IMG/VR virus record: IMGVR_UViG_3300008262_006132
Coordinates: 62,001-126,000 of that record
Length of the DNA stretch: 64,000 nucleotides
Reading direction: 5' to 3' (one strand)
From: an uncultured virus (IMG/VR IMGVR_UViG_3300008262_006132)
Taxonomy: Duplodnaviria; Heunggongvirae; Uroviricota; Caudoviricetes
Shown in pieces: positions 57,901 to 64,000 of this stretch. The notes under the pieces were generated by a model. The model worked only from the letters and a program-made list of their open reading frames with translations. It ran no database searches and was not told where the DNA came from. Numbering within the stretch: position 1 is the first letter of the stretch; the number at the start of each line of letters is the position of its first letter. Position numbers and translations under genes: made by a program.

Positions 57901-60842
57901 CTGCTTTAATATTAGCAAAAGCAAAGTCCGCTTATAAGTCTTTCCCAACCACAGAATGGGCAGATGGTGTTAGTAGAGCACTTTCAGCTTTTCAACCTAT
58001 TTATACGATACTACAAAAAGATTCAGGATGGTTTAAAAGTGGAGTTTCAGTTGGTAAGTATAGTGAAGCTATAAAAACACTTAGTATGGGAATCGTAGAT
58101 TCTGCGAACATACTTAGTAAGGGTTTGTATAAAATTTATCCAACAGTAAACTGGGTTATGGGAATATCAGGAGCTTTTGCAATGATACCAGCACTGATTA
58201 AGAAAGTAAACAACATTGATTTCAAGGGACTTTCTAAAATTTGGATGATAAGTGATAGTATTTACAAACTCTCGATTGCATTCAAGGACGCTAAGTTTAC
58301 AAGTTTTCCGAGTAAAAAATGGACAAGTGCTATTTCATCATCTTTTACTATGATGATTAATCTTCTAAAGAGTATTGATAAAAGTATATCTATCACTTCA
58401 CTACTTAGTGGTATTTTGAAGTCTAAATCCTTAGTTAATTACATTCTAGATTTGGATAAGAAATTTAGCCTCGGTAAATTTAACAAGTTTCCAAACTCAA
58501 ATTGGGTTAAAGGGTCTACAAAGTCTATTAGTGAATTTGCGAAGTTACTCAGTGAACTTAATAAGTTGGTCTCTTTAGTAGGATTAAAGACTGGTCAATT
58601 CAAAATTTCGAGTATTCTGAAGTCTGTTTTGGATGTTGATAATCAGATATCTAGAGGTAAATTTAACAGAGTAATAAGTCAGAAATGGTCAAGTTCATTG
58701 AGAGTTTCAATACTAGAATTTTCAAACTTGTTTAAAAATGTAGATAAATTGATATCAATAATTGACTTAAAACTTGGTCAAACTAAAGTTACTAGTATCA
58801 TTAAATCTATTCTACAAATCGACCTACAAATTTCTAAAGGCAAATTTAATAAATTTATTGATAATAAGTGGATCAAAGGCACAAAATCTTCAATTATAGA
58901 GTTCGGTGGATTATTCAAAACTATAGACAAATTAGTTTCAATAATTTCCTTAAAAATCGGCCAGACAAAGGTTACAAGTATCATCAAGTCAATACTTCAA
59001 ATCGATTCACAAGTTTCAAAGGGTAAATTTAATAAATTTATTGATAATAAGTGGATTAAAGGCACAAAACAGTCTGTTCTAGAGTTCGGAAAATTGTTTA
59101 TTGATGTTAATAAGAATTTCTCTGTGACTTCTTTATTACTTGGTTTTAATAAAGTCAAAATGATTTTTGATAATATTATATGGATTGATAATAAAATATC
59201 TAGAGCTAAATTTGAGAAATCACCACCAACAAAATGGCTTACAAATACTAGAGATTCAATAGTTTATTACGGTAAATTGGCGATTGATTCTAATAAAATG
59301 TTCGGCACAGTGCCTCTAATAGCAGGTATCAAAAAGATTAAAACACTAGTAGATACAATTTTGTGGGTCGATAAGACTCTATCAAAGGGTAAATATAATA
59401 GAGTTCCAAGTTTAAAATGGCTAAACGAATCTAAAAATGCAATTTTTACATATGGTAAGATAGCAATCGATTCAAATAAGATCTTCCCTCTGATTTCACT
59501 TATAGCTGGTATTAAGAAGGTTAAAATGATATCAGAGGCTATACTATGGGTTGATAAAACACTATCTAAGGGAAGTTACACTAAAGTGCCAACGCAGAAT
59601 TGGTTGACACGTTCAAAAAGCACGATTTTTCAATACGGGAATCTAGCTATAGAATCAAATAAAAGGTTTGGAACAATTGGATTATTCTTAGGTCTGAAAA
59701 AAGTTAGAAATATTGCAGACACTTTAAAATATGTTTCGCTTGTAATTAGCGGTGGTAATTATACTAAGTTTCCAAGCTTAGAATGGTCCAAGTCAGTTCC
59801 TGCGGCAATATCTGGCTTTATGAATCTACCGTTTAAGGGAATGTTTGGTCAATTTTTTGAAAGTATTTTCGGGGCTTCAGAAGATAGTAAGAAATCACAA
59901 TTAGGAAAAATTGTAGATTTGATGTTATATGTTGATAAGAGATTTCAATCGGGTAACTGGAAAAAGTTCCCAACTGTTGAGTGGGTTAAAGGTACAATTT
60001 TAGCTCTTCAGAAATTTAAAGATATAGTTTCTTTACTTAGTTTTGGTTCACTAAATACTAAGATAATGACTGCATTCGGTGGTAAGAATCCACTTGTAAG
60101 CGCAGTTTCTAACATTGAAAAACTGGCACAGTCTTTTGATAAACTAGGAAATTCTATGAAGAATTTCAGTCAATCAATAAAAACTCTAGATACAGAAAAA
60201 CTCGCAGCGATTAAGAGTCTTTCTTCAAATGTTATTTTAATGTCATTGATGAATCCAGAGCAATTTGACGCGATGTTATCTAAGTTAGAAGAAAGATCTG
60301 GAGTTTTTGCTGACCTTATGAAGGATGTGCAAGACAAGAAAGGTACTTCTGCTAAAACTACTGGTGCCCCTGGTACAGGTCAGAAAGTTGCAGGTGGTGG
60401 CGCAATGACTGATTTCAAGATGGTACCATCATCTACGGGAGCTAGAATGTCTGGTAAATCAGATGATGCTAAAATGCTTGAGAAACTCGATGCTATGACA
60501 AGTCTACTCGCTGATATATCTAGTGTTGTTGGTAGTAAAGGAGCTTTGAAAACATACCTTGGAAGTCTTAAAGAAGATGTTGATATAGGTGATGGTGGGT
60601 TCTCACTTTTTAGTAGATCTGATAAAAGAACCAAAAACATATTGAAAAAAGTTGGTGTATCACCAGATGGTATAAATATCTACTTATTCTCATATAAGTT
60701 TGATCCTACAGTAGTTTACCAAGGTGTAATTGCACAAGAGTTGCTTGGCACGAGATTTGAAAACTCAGTTGTACTTGATAAGTCTGGGTATTACGCAGTT
60801 GACTACTCAAAACTAGATGTTCAGTTTAAAAGAACAAATTGA
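51963..60842 (+). CDS. Giant tape-measure-like protein with C-terminal peptidase S74/intramolecular-chaperone-like domain
   Basis: Long hydrophobic/amphipathic Ala-Gly repeats with periodic P-x-x-W; C-terminal SDKRTKN...GINIYLFSYK...GVIAQEL...VDYSKL. Confidence 0.65.
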   Translation: MDRELIEGLSNLSASLDRIYEALTRSGDPKSATAAALKMGNFEEQIKQITMSIVQIKEDTQKILNQQDTILKMLREGKDTPNETKIKKIPSEPTTPKIGRQKLEENQENVRDTKSKDTTDTSFSKLKKFFTELTTTKIAKERQENTKDSSISKSENIQSELTTTKIAKERQEDNKDSSISKSEKIQSELTTTKIAKERQEDTKVLKLEKQSSSEGFLTRLHTILKREKEESIEERKSKAVTSDLTTMKMSKDIEKDKRTEFKETPVKTKGEVSFWNRLFPNKSINEKVKILSDYFTKGIISKDDKKVKKTDTELTTVKIQIEKQYGGRTTKEDKTVKAFSKEPTTVKVSRDRKEDSKDSKDSKIKKVSEEPTTTKVAKEKRDERRESKEEKSKGGMFGSMDTKKIKDGVSAILLIAVGIVAIGLALKLVGKVDFVSVMAIALALPLIAIAFAKIASVFSGKEVTDERGRKSRSAAIDIKQLPAIILGLVGFSAAITASSYILSKVKPIGLAQAVTAILIGGVFSALSFGLHRLVGAFGKMSLLGGVKAVLFMPVVLVAVSTAIALSSYVLSAVKPIGIFQAVTAILIAGVFSVLGYGIGKLIRAFRGIDPVTAFMAAKMMPIVLLAVTATIAAASYLLSAVKPIGFFQALTAILIAGVFTVLSFGIGKIIGSFRRIDPATALAATAMMPLIFIALSFSIMMSSYFLGNVKVIGLFQALTAIAISIVFVALSFGLAKILPAFRRLSPADITKAAIGMPIIFTALSLAIMVSSYFISGVKPIGFAQFLTALGISILFVGFAFATKFIVKGLKGVTTAQVVNAMKMLLIVATTVAIASFIVSVAPSVPFMKTLQFGLLGIGLGATTVVMAIAIKTIKKIGLGLKDILTGGLMILAIATTIALSSVILNMGTYEKYPSWKWALGVGASLVGFGLAAVVLGSIASSGIGALAILAGLASILAIAGTIVLTDKIISAGTYQKYPGAKWILGVGATMVGFGLAAVTLGGIIVGTLGLGGLAIAAGLVAVIGIAETIVKVDKIIAKGNYTKSPGVRWILGVGSSMVGFGLAAVTLGGIIVGTLGLGGLAIKAGLSAVESIAKTIVKTDKILSAGQYTKYPGAAWALTVGSIITAFSTAVLLLGAVSSGGGLLQKLSLGLVKNPLESGIQAIKKIAQAIVDVDKKLAEGSYTKGPNPTWAKGISASLSAFSPIYRMLLAEKLMSFIGGVSAKDFAQAIKVISGGIVDSAKLFESAKVAFKNGPPVTWSKGVSASLGAFSSIYSLLVKDKIMSIFGSGISPKDFSQAIKTISGGIVDAAKLFGNAAVAFKNGPPVEWAKGISKALGAFSSIYSLLVKDRIMSIFGSGVSPKDFSQAIKTISGGIVDSAKLFDKASVAFKNGPPVEWANGVSKSLGAFSSIYKLLASNSGWWKSGVDPKMYAQAIVTITNGIVTAAKAFGSASVAFKNGPPVEWADGVGKSLSAFQPIYELLLKNSGWWKSGIDPKMYSQAIVTITSGIVTAAKAFGSASVAFKNGPPVEWADGVGKSLAAFQPIYELLLKNTGWWKSNIDPKKYAQAIVTITGGIITAAKSFSQASVAFKNGPPVQWAEGVGKALSAFQPVYELLVRNSSWWKSSIDPKKYAEAIVTITGGIVTAGKAFGAAAVAFKNGPPVQWAEGVGKALSAFQPVYEMLVRNASWWKSSIDPKKYSEAIRTISRGITDAAIVLSTASVAYKFYPTEQWASGVSRALTAFQPIYKILQKDSGWLRSGISPKMYADAIKTITTGIRDSAMILAQASIAYRMFPTVQWANGVSRALSVFQPIYKILEKDSGWLRSNISPEKYAKAIKTITTGIRDSAMILASASIAYRMFPTVQWANGVSRALSTFQPIYKILQKDSGWFRSNISPEKYATAIKTITTGIRDSAVILASASLAYRMFPTTQWADGVSKALSTFHPIYKILQKDSGWFRSNISPDKYAAAIRTISQGIVDSALILAKAKSAYKSFPTTEWADGVSRALSAFQPIYTILQKDSGWFKSGVSVGKYSEAIKTLSMGIVDSANILSKGLYKIYPTVNWVMGISGAFAMIPALIKKVNNIDFKGLSKIWMISDSIYKLSIAFKDAKFTSFPSKKWTSAISSSFTMMINLLKSIDKSISITSLLSGILKSKSLVNYILDLDKKFSLGKFNKFPNSNWVKGSTKSISEFAKLLSELNKLVSLVGLKTGQFKISSILKSVLDVDNQISRGKFNRVISQKWSSSLRVSILEFSNLFKNVDKLISIIDLKLGQTKVTSIIKSILQIDLQISKGKFNKFIDNKWIKGTKSSIIEFGGLFKTIDKLVSIISLKIGQTKVTSIIKSILQIDSQVSKGKFNKFIDNKWIKGTKQSVLEFGKLFIDVNKNFSVTSLLLGFNKVKMIFDNIIWIDNKISRAKFEKSPPTKWLTNTRDSIVYYGKLAIDSNKMFGTVPLIAGIKKIKTLVDTILWVDKTLSKGKYNRVPSLKWLNESKNAIFTYGKIAIDSNKIFPLISLIAGIKKVKMISEAILWVDKTLSKGSYTKVPTQNWLTRSKSTIFQYGNLAIESNKRFGTIGLFLGLKKVRNIADTLKYVSLVISGGNYTKFPSLEWSKSVPAAISGFMNLPFKGMFGQFFESIFGASEDSKKSQLGKIVDLMLYVDKRFQSGNWKKFPTVEWVKGTILALQKFKDIVSLLSFGSLNTKIMTAFGGKNPLVSAVSNIEKLAQSFDKLGNSMKNFSQSIKTLDTEKLAAIKSLSSNVILMSLMNPEQFDAMLSKLEERSGVFADLMKDVQDKKGTSAKTTGAPGTGQKVAGGGAMTDFKMVPSSTGARMSGKSDDAKMLEKLDAMTSLLADISSVVGSKGALKTYLGSLKEDVDIGDGGFSLFSRSDKRTKNILKKVGVSPDGINIYLFSYKFDPTVVYQGVIAQELLGTRFENSVVLDKSGYYAVDYSKLDVQFKRTN
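52356..52570 (+). repeat. About 2.5 tandem 84-bp (28-aa) coding repeats ELTTTKIAKERQE.TKDSSISKSE.IQS
   Basis: Near-identical DNA and protein units. Confidence 0.85.
55500..58160 (+). repeat. Tandem ~67-aa (201-bp) coding repeats
   Basis: FKNGPPV.W x7 followed by (F/Y)PT..W units; aatggtcc at 56130 and 56331. Confidence 0.85.
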
Positions 60843-60862
60843 TTAAATTTAATATAATTGCC

Positions 60863-61291
60863 ATGAATATCTTTCAAAAAATTAAATTGTTTCGAGAGTA
60901 TAAAAAAGTCATAAGAAATAATGAAGTCACTCTAGAACAAGACTACAATATTAGAATAGACAGAGCATCAAGACTTTATACCGTTCTTAATATTCCTCAA
61001 GAATTATATGGAGAGCCATATAATCTTAGAACTTCAGACATTGATACAATTTCACAAACATATATTAAAGAATATGTGTCAAGAGTATCTTCTTATCTTA
61101 ATTCTGTAGGTTTAAACGAGTTGTATGACTTTTATGAAAATGTAAAAAAGGTTGATAAATACTCATACCTTATAGTTCTTGGATTTAAACCACTAAACTC
61201 GGTTAAATATTATAATGTGGTCTATTTTAGACTGTTACCAATTTTAATTACATCTTCGATTATTACCTTATTATATTTCATTTTCCGATAA
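60863..61291 (+). CDS. Hypothetical protein with C-terminal transmembrane helix
   Basis: ATG after aatataat; hydrophobic C-terminus. Confidence 0.65.
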   Translation: MNIFQKIKLFREYKKVIRNNEVTLEQDYNIRIDRASRLYTVLNIPQELYGEPYNLRTSDIDTISQTYIKEYVSRVSSYLNSVGLNELYDFYENVKKVDKYSYLIVLGFKPLNSVKYYNVVYFRLLPILITSSIITLLYFIFR

Positions 61292-61335
61292 ACAAAGATC
61301 ATAATATTTATTATAAATAAAAAAAATATTTATTT

Positions 61336-61761
61336 ATGGGTAAATTTTACGATGTATCACAAGATACTCAAGATACATTTTACGAAGTTTTCAATAAAAA
61401 AACCTTCCCACTCGCTGTTAAGTTTCAGTTCTTAGGTTCTGAATCACAGAAAAATCTAATTAAAATATCTAAACTTCCTGACCAATATGGATTTCTTTTA
61501 GAAAAAGAACTTCTAGTATTAATCAATGAAGATTTGATGTCTGTATTTGATGATGAGTCAATTACAATCCTTATTGAACAGGAAATCGATAAGATTTCTA
61601 TAGATACACAGTCTGGTAAAATTAAAATGATTAAGCCAGATTTAACAACATTTTCATCACTTATCTCAAAGTATGGGGTTGATAAAGTAGCAAAGGCAAA
61701 TCAAGTCGAAGATCTATATCACCAACAATTAAAAGATGGAAAAGAAGAATTTATTGCATAA
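61336..61761 (+). CDS. Hypothetical protein
   Basis: 141-aa ORF behind TAAAC-N18-TATAA. Confidence 0.7.
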   Translation: MGKFYDVSQDTQDTFYEVFNKKTFPLAVKFQFLGSESQKNLIKISKLPDQYGFLLEKELLVLINEDLMSVFDDESITILIEQEIDKISIDTQSGKIKMIKPDLTTFSSLISKYGVDKVAKANQVEDLYHQQLKDGKEEFIA

Positions 61762-61764
61762 AAC

Positions 61765-62001
61765 ATGGAAAATCTACAAACAGTATACTACACAGCTCTT
61801 AAAAAGAGATACGAGTCTCAAATAGCGGAAGCAGAGGCTAATCTTACTCTTTACTTTAGTTCTAAAAATCTAGCTGCTATCGGTGAGCACTCTGACCTAC
61901 TTACAGAACATGATAGGTGGATAGAACAATTGGCAAATGCTAAAGACAAGTTGGAGACACTAGAGAATTTTATCTCTACTGGTCTAACTATAAATGGATA
62001 A
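61765..62001 (+). CDS. Small coiled-coil phage protein
   Basis: ALKKRYE..IAEAEANL..Y....AIGEHSDL pattern. Confidence 0.7.
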   Translation: MENLQTVYYTALKKRYESQIAEAEANLTLYFSSKNLAAIGEHSDLLTEHDRWIEQLANAKDKLETLENFISTGLTING

Positions 62002-62020
62002 AAAAATAAAATAAGAAAAT

Positions 62021-62668
62021 ATGTCACAAACAAAATTAGAAGTTAACACGGTTAAACCAGACTTGTTTTTCACTAAAAAGGAAAACACCTTCAGAATCTT
62101 AGATACAGATACTGAATTTACATTGGATTCTTCAATTACCACCCTAGAAGAGTATATCAAAAACACCAATGGATTTGGTAAGAGTGAAGAACAAAAAGAT
62201 ATGGATTACGCTCACGCTCAATATCTATGGAAAGAGTATCAAACAGAGTTGAAAAATTGCAAACTAAATTTTCATCTCGATCAAAGTCAATATTCTCTTT
62301 TGACCGACCTTTTGATAAAGAAGCTTGAATATGATACAAATACTGTTTTCATTGCAATCGAATTAGTAGATTTACTCGGATCAATTAAAGGTACTAAATT
62401 TCAAGGAGAAGAAGTAAAGTCTTTTAAAGTCACCGCTACAGAAATTACTTATATCTATCACCTTATTCAGAATTATAAAGTTAAGGGTCTATCAAAAGAA
62501 GCATTCACTTTTGCTGAAATTCTTAGACGGATTGGCGAAATTTCTAAAGTAGTTAGTTTCTATGATGCGAGAGCAAAGAACTTTACTGAAGAAATCGCTA
62601 AATGGGCTCTTAGTTTAGATGCAGATTCGGCGAGTCTAATTTATGAAGTGCCAGGAAAAACAGAATAG
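62021..62668 (+). CDS. Hypothetical protein
   Basis: 215-aa ORF in operon. Confidence 0.7.
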   Translation: MSQTKLEVNTVKPDLFFTKKENTFRILDTDTEFTLDSSITTLEEYIKNTNGFGKSEEQKDMDYAHAQYLWKEYQTELKNCKLNFHLDQSQYSLLTDLLIKKLEYDTNTVFIAIELVDLLGSIKGTKFQGEEVKSFKVTATEITYIYHLIQNYKVKGLSKEAFTFAEILRRIGEISKVVSFYDARAKNFTEEIAKWALSLDADSASLIYEVPGKTE

Positions 62669-62694
62669 TATTAATTCTATTTTGACCATTAGAA

Positions 62695-62898
62695 TCACAA
62701 ATTTCGATTTTTTAAAAATTCTTTAAAATTCAAAATTTGTGATTCTTTTATTTTATTAGGTAGCTTCTTAAAAGAGACATCTTTAGTCCACTCTTCATCA
62801 AAAACCCATTTCATATTTTTTGGCGCCTTCTTTTTAGATCCCCATTTTCTTCTCATTGCCCAAATAAATTTGAATTGTTGTTTTGACCTTGATGGCAT
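62695..62898 (-). CDS. Small basic protein
   Basis: MPSRSKQQ...KKLPNKIKE; ends ILNFKEFLK tag. Confidence 0.6.
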   Translation of the reverse strand: MPSRSKQQFKFIWAMRRKWGSKKKAPKNMKWVFDEEWTKDVSFKKLPNKIKESQILNFKEFLKNRNL

Positions 62899-62903
62899 TA
62901 TTT

Positions 62904-63995
62904 TTACTTATTTTCTAAGAATTTATAAAGCTTCTTTAAATATATATTCCTGTCATATTCAAAATTTGTCATAAGATGAACCACGTAAGTAAAATAGAGA
63001 AGCTTATCTATTAGGTTAGTTTTATCCATCTCACCTCCTGGGTATCTAAATTCAATATAGTTAAATCTTTTTAGAGGTATTAAATTAACCCCATAGTTTT
63101 TATAACCTTTTTCATTTAGAATTCGGATAAGTCTATCATTTAATATATTTTCTATATCGGAAATTTTTTCATCTTGCATTAACTTTTTACATTCTTCAAT
63201 TAGATTCTTTTCTTTAGTTAGTTCGGATATTAAAGAACCGCAAAATTTAGAATTTTTTCTCCATTCCATGTTTTTAAATACAAATGGGTCATCACCTGTA
63301 TCATTTAAAAACAAAAGTCCTTTTATTATATTGTAATTGGTTGATTCCTTGAGTCCAATATTAATATGTATTCCAGTATTTTCTGTAAATTTCCAATATT
63401 TTTGAATACTATATGAATCATAGAAATCTTGAATGAATCCGATTAAGTCATCAATTGAGTTGAAATATGTTAGATTTGAAAGTTCAATTCCTCTATTTAA
63501 AGTATTATCTAGTTCAAACTTTAATACACTTTTGTATTTTTTATAAAAATCTTTGAAATTACTTCTGAATTGATTCTCTAAATAATTAAAATCATCAGAG
63601 TAGAAATAAGATAAAACTTGTGGCTTTATTAATTGAACTATTAATTTATTTTCGCCTTCATAAGATTCCTCTTCTAATATTTCATCTACTAAATATTCAT
63701 AATCTTCCCATTCGTATTTTATCTCGTTTAGTATTGTCTCTATAAATTCTTGGATTTTCTCGGTAATAGTAAATTCATCTATTCTAAGAAGATGTTTTAT
63801 GACTGAATTTTTTATCTTCAAGACAATCTCATTAACATATTTTTCACTATAATCAATATCACCATCTGTTAAGTCTTCTGTCTCTAACTCAATTTCTATT
63901 GATGATGTGAAAAGATCTGATATTTCTTTTTTTCTAAATAAGTTCAGTTTACCACTTTTTACTTCATTTATAAAATCCGTGTATTTGAAAATCAT
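62904..63995 (-). CDS. Putative amidoligase, paralog of 3700..5079
   Basis: IEIELE, ELDNTL..GIE, TGIHINIG, KNYGVN, IEFRYPGG. Confidence 0.7.
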   Translation of the reverse strand: MIFKYTDFINEVKSGKLNLFRKKEISDLFTSSIEIELETEDLTDGDIDYSEKYVNEIVLKIKNSVIKHLLRIDEFTITEKIQEFIETILNEIKYEWEDYEYLVDEILEEESYEGENKLIVQLIKPQVLSYFYSDDFNYLENQFRSNFKDFYKKYKSVLKFELDNTLNRGIELSNLTYFNSIDDLIGFIQDFYDSYSIQKYWKFTENTGIHINIGLKESTNYNIIKGLLFLNDTGDDPFVFKNMEWRKNSKFCGSLISELTKEKNLIEECKKLMQDEKISDIENILNDRLIRILNEKGYKNYGVNLIPLKRFNYIEFRYPGGEMDKTNLIDKLLYFTYVVHLMTNFEYDRNIYLKKLYKFLENK

Positions 63996-64000
63996 ATAAT

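Noticed and set aside
52356..58160. Repeats as a CRISPR array or DGR template/variable repeat
   Set aside because: They are in-frame coding repeats with synonymous divergence and no spacers, and no reverse transcriptase is present in the window.
1..64000. Stop-codon reassignment (alternative genetic code)
   Set aside because: Conserved genes are intact in the standard code, and both TAG (8192) and TGA (5079) end genes at sensible positions.
1..64000. Bacterial chromosome or eukaryotic giant virus origin; tRNA/rRNA genes
   Set aside because: T4-like UvsW/UvsX/primase/baseplate genes, intrinsic terminators and the lack of housekeeping operons favour a phage. No cloverleaf or rRNA-like segment was noticed in the short intergenic gaps.

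Overview
This AT-rich, gene-dense 64 kb window uses the standard genetic code and is best read as part of a large (jumbo-type), distantly T4-like tailed phage. The host is probably a Bacteroidota bacterium: there are two T9SS-sorted proteins, a lipobox lipoprotein and an Hc1-like protein, and the gene starts I examined lack Shine-Dalgarno sites. Replication/recombination genes include the C-terminal half of a split family B DNA polymerase, primase, probable sliding clamp, UvsW, UvsX/RecA and UvsY-like. Virion genes include gp53-like, LysM, gp5-like and a 2959-aa tape-measure-like protein. Lysis candidates are an M15 peptidase and a holin-like protein. Auxiliary genes include ClpP, PPK2, ferritin, a PLP aminotransferase, phosphoesterases and two amidoligases. 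The top finding is a 38-nt non-coding gap in the middle of polymerase motif B, bounded by matched GCT codons and containing a stop codon and a GC-rich hairpin, with a second hairpin upstream. This architecture fits programmed ribosomal bypassing (T4 gene 60-like). A weaker 17-nt candidate joins two large putative virion ORFs. Also notable are a pervasive T4 capsid-targeting-like peptide tag on many proteins and two distinct promoter-like motifs. No tRNA, rRNA or CRISPR array was seen. All calls come from reading motifs by eye; no searches were run.
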